DNA of 64,000 bases. Source: Sumerlaeia bacterium. GTDB taxonomy: Bacteria > Sumerlaeota > Sumerlaeia > MVZB01. Shown here in pieces: positions 57,118-64,000 of the stretch. Made by a program: the position numbers and the translations under genes. The notes below the pieces were generated by a model that saw nothing but the letters and a program-made list of their open reading frames with translations, did no database searches and had not been told where the DNA came from. The stretch lies in contig JAWLCE010000001.1 of NCBI GenBank assembly GCA_041687335.1, positions 168,619 through 232,618 on the forward strand, given 5' to 3'. The stretch's first letter is position 1. Every line of letters begins with the position of its first letter.

Positions 57118-58722
57118 TCATGGATTGACATAATCCATCTGCTGGGAGTGATTCCACGAGCTCGGATCAGGGGCGTCGGCCAGGTAATGGCAACCGCGGC
57201 TGGTGCGGTTCTGCAGCGCCGCATAAAGCACCGCCAACGCCGCCTGGACCCCATTTCGCAGGCCGATCAGGTCGTCGTCCAGTGCCGTGCGCCCATAGAA
57301 GGCCTCGATCTCCTGTTGCAGCTCCCGCAGGATCCGGTTGGCCCGTTGCATGCGCCGCTGGGTCCGGGTCAGGCCGACGTAGTTCCACATCGTGTACCTG
57401 ATGGTCATCCAGTCTTGCAAGATCAGTGCCGGATCGGCCGGCTCGCGCTCGGGCACCCACGGGTCGATTGGCGGCCAAGAGGGCGCCGACTGCTTGCGCC
57501 GGTCCATGATCGCCCCGGCCGCCCGCAACCCGAAGACCAGCCCCTCCAGCAGCGAGGTTGAGGCCAGCCGGTTCGCACCGTGCATCCCATTGCAGGCCAC
57601 CTCGCCCACCGCCCAGAGCCGGTCGATCGAAGTGCGGCCCTCCAGGTCGGTCATCACCCCGCCGCAGGAGTAATGCGCCGCCGGCACCACCGGGATCGGC
57701 TCGCTGGAGATATCGATGCCCAGCTTCAGGCACTGCGCGTGGATCGTCGGGAATCGCTCACGCACCCAGCGCGTCGGCTTGTGGCTGATGTCGAGCCAGA
57801 CGCAGGGCTCGCCGGTCTCGAGCATCTCCTGGTGGATGGCGCGCGCGACCACGTCGCGTGGCGCGAGCGACCCCAGCGGATGATGGCGCGCCATGAACTC
57901 ACTGCCGTCGCGCCGCACCAGCCGGCCGCCCTCCCCGCGCATCGACTCGCTGACCAGGAATCGCGGGGCATGAGGGTGATAAAGCGCCGTCGGGTGGAAC
58001 TGGACATACTCCACGTTCAGCAGTCGCGCCCCCGCGCGATAGGCCATCGCGATCCCGTCCCCGCGCGCCCCGTCCGGATTGGTGGTGTGCAGGAAAAGCT
58101 GGCCCAGTCCCCCCGTGGCCAGCACCGTGTGGCGGGCCATGATCGTCTCGACGCGGCAGGCATCGCGGTCGAGCACATAGGCCCCCACGCAGGTGTTGGG
58201 CTGATAAATGTCCAGCGGGCGGCGCGAGTGGTGCGAAAGGGTCAGAAGATCCACCGCCACCCAAGGCCGCAGCAATGTGATGCGGGGCTCCTCGTCGACG
58301 GCCCGCCACAGCGCCTCATGGATGCGCTGCCCCGTCCGATCCTCGCAATGCAGGATCCGCGGCACCGAATGGGCGCCCTCCTCGGTCACGTCATACTCGC
58401 CGTCGGGGCGGCGGTTGAAGTCGATGCCCAGCTCCTCGATCAGGACGCGCCGGACCGCCTCGGGACCCTCTTCGGCCAGCACCCTGGCCGCCGGTGGCCA
58501 GCTCAGCCCCGCCCCCGCCGTCACGATATCGCGCTCGAGCAGCTCGGGACTGTCGCCCGGCCCGGTATAGATGATGCCCCCCTGGGCCCAGCGCGTATTG
58601 GTGCGCTCGACGTCATGGCTGCGGTGCAGCATCAGCACCCGCGCGCCCGCCTGCGCCGCCTTGAGCGCCGTGATCGCCCCTGCAATCCCGCCTCCAATGA
58701 CGAGGACGTCTGTCTCGAGCAT
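57118..58722 (-). CDS. nadB: L-aspartate oxidase
   Basis: The N-terminus has FAD-binding DVLVIGGGIAGA. The active-site region (RPDGEYDVTEEGAHSVPR, HPTA) and typical length (~530 aa) are consistent with NadB rather than SdhA. Confidence 0.85.
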   Translation of the reverse strand: MLETDVLVIGGGIAGAITALKAAQAGARVLMLHRSHDVERTNTRWAQGGIIYTGPGDSPELLERDIVTAGAGLSWPPAARVLAEEGPEAVRRVLIEELGIDFNRRPDGEYDVTEEGAHSVPRILHCEDRTGQRIHEALWRAVDEEPRITLLRPWVAVDLLTLSHHSRRPLDIYQPNTCVGAYVLDRDACRVETIMARHTVLATGGLGQLFLHTTNPDGARGDGIAMAYRAGARLLNVEYVQFHPTALYHPHAPRFLVSESMRGEGGRLVRRDGSEFMARHHPLGSLAPRDVVARAIHQEMLETGEPCVWLDISHKPTRWVRERFPTIHAQCLKLGIDISSEPIPVVPAAHYSCGGVMTDLEGRTSIDRLWAVGEVACNGMHGANRLASTSLLEGLVFGLRAAGAIMDRRKQSAPSWPPIDPWVPEREPADPALILQDWMTIRYTMWNYVGLTRTQRRMQRANRILRELQQEIEAFYGRTALDDDLIGLRNGVQAALAVLYAALQNRTSRGCHYLADAPDPSSWNHSQQMDYVNP

Positions 58723-58859
58723 CGCCTGCCCCTCTTTTGCTGGTCCCCTCGCACTAGCCGTTCTGGCCCGGCCAGATCGCTAGATTATAGCGCTCCACAG
58801 GCGGATGTATAGTGTTTCAACCCCACCACGCGGCGCCCGGGCGCAGCTTGATTCCGATT

Positions 58860-58938
58860 CGGACCACAATTGGCAGGTCGGGTCTGTAACCCGACAGGGG
58901 CTTCAGTGTCGGCTCGAAGAGCCGACCTACCCTCCCCG
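58860..58938. repeat. intergenic repeat element copy B (hairpin GTCGGCTC-GAA-GAGCCGAC at 58897-58915; second hairpin TCGGG-tctgtaa-CCCGA)
   Basis: Paralogous to 45711-45789. It lies between nadB (minus strand) and the tandem array (plus strand). Confidence 0.55.
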
Positions 58939-58959
58939 CTTACGAATCATTCACGTGGG

Positions 58960-58989
58960 GTTGACAACTTGGCCGCCGCGCTTGTCTAT
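58960..58989 (+). promoter_or_regulatory. putative promoter (TTGACA at 58960-58965, -10-like TCTATT ~18 nt downstream), duplicated at 60080-60109
   Basis: A perfect -35 hexamer is embedded in the duplicated leader. It is followed by the strong SD GAGGTGGGGG and an ATG 40 nt downstream. Confidence 0.3.
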
Positions 58990-59028
58990 TTATGGCTGGA
59001 AACGTGCGGCAGATGAGGTGGGGGACGA

Positions 59029-59709
59029 ATGAAATTCAGCCCGGCTCAAGAAAAAATCGTGCAGAGGGCAGGTCTCCTCATGATCCCGATGCTATTCATC
59101 GGCTGGGTCCTGTATTTTTTTCTCCTTCGCAAAATTCAATCCGCAGATGCCGATCTGCCGCTTGAGACCGCAATTTTCTGGATACGGGAATCCATCGTCT
59201 GGAGGAGACTTTTCATCCCTCTGCTGACGCTCAACCTGATCGGCATTTTTTGCACTCTGCTGGCCTTGTCCTCCGAGTCCCTCACTCAATTGAGACGGAC
59301 CTTTCTGAGCATGATCATGGCCCTTGGAATCTTGGTGTTACTCGCTTCTGTCTCACTCATGAATTTTCTAATTCAACACAGTATTCCTGAGGCCATCAGC
59401 AGCGTCTGGGATAATAACAGGGCCGTCAGTCTTGCGATCTATGAATACCACATGATCCACGGCAAGTATCCAGACTCCATTGATGATGTGGTGCCCTATT
59501 TAGATGAATATTTCAGCATTTACGATGCATTTACTGGTGGTCGCGAAAAACTCTGGATCGGTCATACGCCCCAATATGTTGGGCTTTTCAGCGTCGGGCC
59601 CGACATGGAGCGCACCAACGAAAAGGGAGCCGTGCCGACCATACACTATGATCCAACCAACGGCACATACAGCAGCGGCGATCTTGTGACCCGTATATCT
59701 GAGGATTGA
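59029..59709 (+). CDS. membrane-anchored pseudopilin-like protein, paralog 1 (3 TM + GspG-like C-terminal domain)
   Basis: Three hydrophobic helices are followed by SLAIYEYHMIHGKYPDSIDDVVPYL ... SVGPDMERTNEKGAVP ... DPTNGTYSSGDLV. This resembles the globular domain of type II secretion pseudopilins (GspG) but has no class III prepilin leader. Confidence 0.6.
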   Translation: MKFSPAQEKIVQRAGLLMIPMLFIGWVLYFFLLRKIQSADADLPLETAIFWIRESIVWRRLFIPLLTLNLIGIFCTLLALSSESLTQLRRTFLSMIMALGILVLLASVSLMNFLIQHSIPEAISSVWDNNRAVSLAIYEYHMIHGKYPDSIDDVVPYLDEYFSIYDAFTGGREKLWIGHTPQYVGLFSVGPDMERTNEKGAVPTIHYDPTNGTYSSGDLVTRISED

Positions 59710-59755
59710 CCATCCAGAACATTATCAGCAATCAGCCGGAGTGGAGTTCGTCATC

Positions 59756-59990
59756 ATGCGCGCAATCTGGATGATATGTCTGACGTCGGCGGTCATCGCG
59801 CTCGGGCCGGATTGCCTGGCGACAGTGCTGGGAGTTACAACGCCGGAGAGGTATCCTTGGCTATATGGCGATTGTCATGAATCCCTTTACTTGCGTTTGG
59901 GCCCCAAGCTGCGGACTTTTGTGTCGCCCGCAGCTTAAATGGCGCCCAACCGCGGCTGCCCGGCTCGAACAGATCCACCTAGGTGGTGCC
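59756..59990 (+). pseudogene. decayed 5' fragment of GH5 gene (copy 1 of duplication)
   Basis: MRAIWMICLTSAVIALGPDCL matches the signal peptide of the intact GH5 (MLRAIWMIGLTSAVMALGPGCL). Downstream, PTAAARLEQIHLGG matches PAATARLEAIQLDEDG but in a shifted frame. Similarity is then lost. Confidence 0.55.
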
Positions 59991-60147
59991 GACCCACCCT
60001 CCCCGCCCCGTGCTGCGGTCGCACGCGACGACGGATCAATTTCATGGTTTCATTCTCCATACGAATCATTCACGTGGGGTTGACAACTTGGCCGCAGCGC
60101 TTGACTATTTATTGGTGGAAACGTGCGGCAGATGAGGTGGGGGACGA

Positions 60148-60849
60148 ATGAAATTCAGCCCGGCTCAAGAAAAAATCGTGCAGACGGCAGGTCTCCTCAT
60201 GATCCCGATGCTATTCATCGGCTGGGTCCTGTATTATTGTCTCATTGGCATTATTCAAAACGCGAACGCCGATCTGCCGCTTGCGAACGCACATTTCTGG
60301 ATACGGGAATCCATGGTCTTGAGGAAACTATACATCCCCTTGCTGGCGATTTGCGTGATCGGCATTTTTGGCGCTAATCTGTCATTATCCTCTGATTCCA
60401 TCACCGAATCGAGACGGACCGTGCTGGACATGATCATAACGCTTGGGATTTTTTTGTTGCTCGGTTCTCTTTGGTTCATAAATGGACGGATTGAATCCAA
60501 CATCTATGAGGCCATCGGCTGCGTCGGGAATAATCACAGGGGCGTCAGTCTTGCGATCTATGAATATCACATAATCCATGGCAAGTACCCAGACACCATT
60601 GATGACGTGGTGCCCTATTTAGATGAAAATTTCAGCATTTACGATGCTTTTACCGGCGGTCGCGAAAAACTCTGGATCGATCAAACGCCCCAACATGTCG
60701 GGCTTTTCAGCGTCGGACCCGACATGGAGCGCACCAACGTAGAGGGAGCCGTGCCGATCATAGACTATGATCCAACCAACGGCACTTTCAGCAGCGGCGA
60801 TCTTGTGACCCGTATTGAGAACCCAGCAACTTGGCGGCATCAGCCGTAG
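60148..60849 (+). CDS. membrane-anchored pseudopilin-like protein, paralog 2
   Basis: Versus paralog 1, the N-terminal 30 aa are ~97% identical, the C-terminal domain ~85-90%, and the central TM2-TM3 region only ~55%. Confidence 0.6.
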   Translation: MKFSPAQEKIVQTAGLLMIPMLFIGWVLYYCLIGIIQNANADLPLANAHFWIRESMVLRKLYIPLLAICVIGIFGANLSLSSDSITESRRTVLDMIITLGIFLLLGSLWFINGRIESNIYEAIGCVGNNHRGVSLAIYEYHIIHGKYPDTIDDVVPYLDENFSIYDAFTGGREKLWIDQTPQHVGLFSVGPDMERTNVEGAVPIIDYDPTNGTFSSGDLVTRIENPATWRHQP

Positions 60850-60860
60850 TGGAGTTCCTC

Positions 60861-62006
60861 ATGCTGCGCGCAATCTGGATGATAGGTCTGACGTCGGCAG
60901 TCATGGCGCTCGGGCCGGGTTGCCTCGGGACGGGCGCTGCCCTCGGCCGATCGCCGGCCGCGACCGCCCGACTCGAAGCGATCCAACTGGATGAGGATGG
61001 GCTGCATTTCATCCGGTCCGGTTCGCGGGAGCGGTTCTTTGTCTGGGGGGTCAACTATGACCGCGACGATGCGGGGCGGCTGCTCGAGGATTATTGGATC
61101 GGGGAGTGGGCCACCGTCGAGGAGGACTTTCGCGAGATCGTTGCGCTGGGGGCGAATGTCGTCCGGATCCACCTGCAGCTGGGCCGGTTCATGGCGCAAC
61201 CCAACGCGCCCGATCCGCTGGCCCTGGCGCAACTGGCGCGCCTTGTGAGGCTGGCCGAGCAGACCGGGCTCTACCTCAACATCACCGGCTTGGGATGCTA
61301 TCACCGTCAGGACGTGCCCGACTGGTACGACGGCTTGCCGGAAGCGGACCGCTGGGCCGTGCAGGCCCGCTTCTGGGCAGCCATCGCCAGGACCTGCGCC
61401 GGCAGTCCCGCCATCATGTGTTACAACCTGATGAACGAACCGATCCTGCCCGGGCGAGACCCCGAATCCGATTGGCTGGCGGGCGATCTGGCGGGGAAGC
61501 ATTACGTCCAGCGGATCGCGCTGGACCTCGCCGGCCGCACCCGGGAGCAAGTCGCCCAGGCGTGGATCGACCGGCTGGTCGAGGCGATCCGCGAGCATGA
61601 CAGCCGGACCCTGATCACCGTCGGCGCCATACCCTGGGCCATGGTCTGGCCCAAGGCCAAGCCGATCTTCTATGACCCGGAGGTGGCGCGGAACCTGGAC
61701 TTCGTCAGCGTCCACATCTATCCCAAGGAGGGCGAGGTTGAGCAGGCGCTCGCCGCGCTCGCCGTCTACAAACTGGAGAAGCCCCTGGTCATCGAGGAGA
61801 TCTTCCCGCTCAATTGCAGCATCGAGCAGATCGAAACATTCATCGGCCGCTCCCGCGACCGGGTCGACGGCTATATCAGCTTTTATTGGGGAAAAACAAT
61901 CGAGGAATACGCGCAGGAAGAGGGGCTCACTGCCGCGATCATGCACAGCTGGCTGACATGGTTCCGCGAGCATGCCACAGCTACAGGCCCCGGTCTGGAT
62001 GGCTGA
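60861..62006 (+). CDS. glycoside hydrolase family 5 (cellulase-superfamily) lipoprotein/secreted enzyme
   Basis: A signal peptide with LGPGC is present. The GH5 catalytic acid/base region is CYNLMNEPILPG (NEP motif) and a nucleophile-region candidate is PLVIEEIFPL. Confidence 0.75.
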   Translation: MLRAIWMIGLTSAVMALGPGCLGTGAALGRSPAATARLEAIQLDEDGLHFIRSGSRERFFVWGVNYDRDDAGRLLEDYWIGEWATVEEDFREIVALGANVVRIHLQLGRFMAQPNAPDPLALAQLARLVRLAEQTGLYLNITGLGCYHRQDVPDWYDGLPEADRWAVQARFWAAIARTCAGSPAIMCYNLMNEPILPGRDPESDWLAGDLAGKHYVQRIALDLAGRTREQVAQAWIDRLVEAIREHDSRTLITVGAIPWAMVWPKAKPIFYDPEVARNLDFVSVHIYPKEGEVEQALAALAVYKLEKPLVIEEIFPLNCSIEQIETFIGRSRDRVDGYISFYWGKTIEEYAQEEGLTAAIMHSWLTWFREHATATGPGLDG

Positions 62007-62304
62007 AATCGTGCTGAAGCGCGGCTGACCTTGATTCTCATTCATTTCGCAACGGTCGCGGAGAACTCAGGAAAAGAACTCAAAGGGTACGTGACATCAT
62101 GAACAGCGTATTGGGTCTGGGAAATCATGATTCAATTCCTGCCTTTGCGACCTTTGGTCATTTCCTCTGCGCCTTTGCGATAAAAAACATGAAGGTTCAG
62201 TTGGACTGAAAAATGGACACGTCTCTGCTTGACAGCCTGCGGCCGCGCTTCCAGACTCGTTCGATGCCCGCGCCTGCGCCGGCCATGCCACCAGGGAGCT
62301 TCAG

Positions 62305-63201
62305 ATGTCCGATCCCATCCGATTCGTGCAACGAGTCATCGGCCGGCTGACCGGCAAGCGAGAGCTGTTCGCCTTCACCCCGGCATACTGGGGGGCCGAG
62401 GGGATCGAGGTCGTGCCACTGCGCGAACAACAGTCGCGGCTGGGGCGCATCTTCGGCACGCGCTGGTTCTCGCGCGCCTACCCGGGCGTCGTTGGCCGCG
62501 TGCACATCCACGACACGATGCTGCTGAGCGATTCGCCCGAGGAAATCGCGCACTACATCAAAGTCGGCCAGTCGGCGATGGAGAACATCGAGGCGACGCT
62601 GGCGGCGGGCGGTCGCTCGCTGGAGGATGTCGGCGCCTGCCTCGACATGGCCTGCGGCTATGGCCGCGTACTGCGGCTGCTCCAGACGCGCATCGCGCCG
62701 GGGCGCATCACCGCCTGCGAACTCGAGGAGGAGGCGGTCCGGTTCCTGGCCGCCGAGTTCGGCGTCCGGCCGCTGATCTCCCAGAAGGACCTGTCGCGGC
62801 TCGAGTTCCCGGAGACTTACGACCTGATCTGGGTCGGCTCGCTGTTCACCCACCTGTCGCAGCCGGACGGCTTCGCGCTGCTCGAGAAGCTGGTCGGCCA
62901 GCTCAACCCGCGCGGGCTGCTCGTTTTCTCGACCCAGGGGGCGAGCTGCCTGGAGCATTTTGCCCAATATGGCTGGATGTTCGTGCCGCGCGAGGCGTAT
63001 TACCGCCACCAGCTCGCCACGGCCGGCTGGGCCTACTCCGATTATTACGAGAAGGACCCCGGCTATGGCATCACGATGTATCGCGAGGACGCGCTGGCTG
63101 GGATGATGGCCGAACAATTTGGCGACCGCCTGCGGCAGGTTTACATCCGCCATCGCGGCTGGGACGATCATCAGGACATCTGGGGCTACCAGCGCTTGTG
63201 A
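62305..63201 (+). CDS. class I SAM-dependent methyltransferase
   Basis: Motif I is LDMACGYGRVLRLL and the post-I acidic residue is CELEEE. RBS AGGGAG. It lies between the intact GH5 and a GH5 3' fragment. Confidence 0.65.
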   Translation: MSDPIRFVQRVIGRLTGKRELFAFTPAYWGAEGIEVVPLREQQSRLGRIFGTRWFSRAYPGVVGRVHIHDTMLLSDSPEEIAHYIKVGQSAMENIEATLAAGGRSLEDVGACLDMACGYGRVLRLLQTRIAPGRITACELEEEAVRFLAAEFGVRPLISQKDLSRLEFPETYDLIWVGSLFTHLSQPDGFALLEKLVGQLNPRGLLVFSTQGASCLEHFAQYGWMFVPREAYYRHQLATAGWAYSDYYEKDPGYGITMYREDALAGMMAEQFGDRLRQVYIRHRGWDDHQDIWGYQRL

Positions 63202-63246
63202 GGTGCAGGCCGGCGGCAGATTGGACCACGCCCGGTGCCCGCCGCG

Positions 63247-63310
63247 GCGATCCTGAGCAGCTGGCTGACATGGTTTTGCGAGCATGCAATGGCCACCGGC
63301 ACTGGCCTTT
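63247..63310 (+). pseudogene. orphan 3' fragment of GH5 gene
   Basis: GCGATCCTGAGCAGCTGGCTGACATGGTTTTGCGAGCATGCAATGGCCACCGGCACTGGCCTTTGA encodes ..SWLTWFCEHAMATGTGL*. This matches the GH5 C-terminus SWLTWFREHATATGPGLDG* at 61938-62006 at ~80% nucleotide identity. Confidence 0.5.
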
Positions 63311-63339
63311 GAATATACCGCCGCATGGGCAATTTATTT

Positions 63340-63714
63340 TTAATTGAGATCCACAATTGATTTAACTGGATCGCCTCCCGAGTTGCCAACAAGGATGACA
63401 CAATCATTTTTCAGAACCATCACAACCAAGTGGTCTTTTCCTTGCTGAAAATATGTTATTTCAGAGTTCGGCACGCCAAGATCTCCCATTTCCAGCACGC
63501 GCGCATAAAATTCATCCGGTGATGGGAGATCCCCATTAGTATTAACATACTGCTGTATATCATTCTTGATGGCATCGAGATATATCAAAGCATGTATTCT
63601 ACGGCAGTGATGAGATGTTCCCCTTGACACATGTCCACACGGATGCTTCACCGTGCACGAAGTCGTGAAACATGTAAAGATGAGAACGATTAAAACGCTG
63701 GGTATTCTTTTCAT
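63340..63714 (-). CDS. hypothetical lipoprotein encoded by an AT-rich (~40% GC) gene
   Basis: A lipoprotein signal (LIVLIFTCFTTSC) is present. GC content drops sharply relative to the ~67% flanks. The start overlaps the stop of the upstream sensor kinase (ATGA at 63711-63714). Confidence 0.5.
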   Translation of the reverse strand: MKRIPSVLIVLIFTCFTTSCTVKHPCGHVSRGTSHHCRRIHALIYLDAIKNDIQQYVNTNGDLPSPDEFYARVLEMGDLGVPNSEITYFQQGKDHLVVMVLKNDCVILVGNSGGDPVKSIVDLN

Positions 63715-64000
63715 CTCATTCCCACCTCGGCTGGCGCCGGCTTGGGGGGCGGGAAGGTGATCCGGAAGCAGGCACCGCCCTCAAGGGTGTTCTCCGCCAC
63801 GATCGTGCCCTCGTGCAGGTCCTGCACGATCGTGCGCACCCAGTTGAGGCCCAGCCCCTCCCCGCGCGACTCGTCGCGCCGATTCGTGTAACCCAGCTCG
63901 AAAATCTTCTCGATCTCATGGGGCAGCGCCCGGCTGCCGTCGGGGTTCAAAATCCCGGCGCCGCTGTCGCTGACCATGATGAGCAGCCCGCCATCCTCCC
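63711..64000 (-). CDS. sensor histidine kinase, C-terminal HATPase_c domain (partial, continues past the window end)
   Basis: G1/G2-box region GGLLIMVSDSGAGI ... GEGLGLNWVRTIVQDLHEGTIVAENTLEGGACFRITFP. Confidence 0.7.
   Translation of the reverse strand, partial: EDGGLLIMVSDSGAGILNPDGSRALPHEIEKIFELGYTNRRDESRGEGLGLNWVRTIVQDLHEGTIVAENTLEGGACFRITFPPPKPAPAEVGMR

Larger units (their letters stand above)
58941..61000 (+). repeat. tandem duplication, two ~1.12-kb units (promoter + pseudopilin-like membrane protein gene + 5' end of GH5 gene)
   Basis: The unit beginning ACGAATCATTCACGTGGGGTTGACA at 58941 recurs at 60061. The gene starts at 59029 and 60148 and the GH5 starts at 59756 and 60861 are offset by 1119 and 1105 nt. 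Confidence 0.8.

Noticed and set aside
57580-58812. 410-aa plus-strand ORF opposite nadB
   Set aside because: Antisense to a CDS with FAD-binding GxGxxG and NadB active-site motifs. No features of its own.
59029-60849. Assignment of the pseudopilin-like paralogs to the Planctomycete DUF1559/H-X9-DG prepilin family
   Set aside because: No N-terminal prepilin cleavage motif is present, and the C-terminal His is not followed by the H-X9-DG spacing (sequence HYDPTNGTYSSGD). The resemblance is to the generic pseudopilin head only.
60840-62045. 401-aa minus-strand ORF opposite GH5, and 62229-63347 plus-strand ORF overlapping the methyltransferase in another frame
   Set aside because: Both are alternative-frame or antisense readings of regions where another frame shows clear family motifs (NEP of GH5; methyltransferase motif I).
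1-64000. tRNA, rRNA or CRISPR content
   Set aside because: I scanned every intergenic interval longer than 60 nt for T-loop GTTCRANYC or acceptor-stem patterns and for regularly spaced direct repeats. None was found. The only periodic repeats are the in-frame Pro/Thr-coding and Asp/Glu-coding repeats, which are coding low complexity, not CRISPR.

Overview
This is a high-GC (~65-68%) bacterial chromosomal segment. Gene density is high, genes often overlap, and it carries no rRNA, no tRNA, no CRISPR array, and no transposase or integrase. The gene content (many glycosyltransferases, pseudopilin-like domains, Pro/Thr-rich linkers, scattered his and nad genes) leads me to guess a Planctomycetota/Verrucomicrobiota-like organism, but that is inference only.

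The clearest system is a complete four-gene Wadjet (jetABCD) anti-plasmid operon at 1617-8263 with translationally coupled genes. Downstream of it lie:
- an amino-sugar-like catabolic trio (NagB-like, LmbE/PIG-L deacetylase, FGGY kinase);
- gapA and a large secreted glycoside hydrolase;
- a cysI-like sulfite reductase;
- a candidate glycolipid cluster (SAM methyltransferase, a tandem double GT4 glycosyltransferase, a PLD/cardiolipin synthase);
- an RND efflux pump whose adaptor and permease genes are split by a divergent DUF2089-like module;
- housekeeping genes (ksgA, zupT, hisF, dnaB, rpe, coaD, rluD, hupB-like, nadB, phoA-like);
- a Wzy_C/TPR membrane protein translationally coupled to a MoxR-type AAA+ ATPase, opposite a GT39/ArnT-like glycosyltransferase;
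- a Na/Pi cotransporter with an unusual N-terminal Ig-like periplasmic extension.

The most unusual region is at the 3' end (58.8-63.4 kb), and it looks recombinationally active. A ~1.1 kb unit (promoter, polytopic membrane protein with a C-terminal type II-secretion-pseudopilin-like domain, start of a GH5 glycosidase) is tandemly duplicated. One GH5 copy is decayed and a further GH5 3' fragment sits beyond an intervening methyltransferase gene. A ~80-nt intergenic repeat with a perfect 8-bp hairpin occurs twice (45.7 kb and 58.9 kb). An AT-rich, apparently acquired lipoprotein gene is coupled to a sensor kinase.

All functional calls come from motif-level reading of the supplied translations; I could not run any searches.
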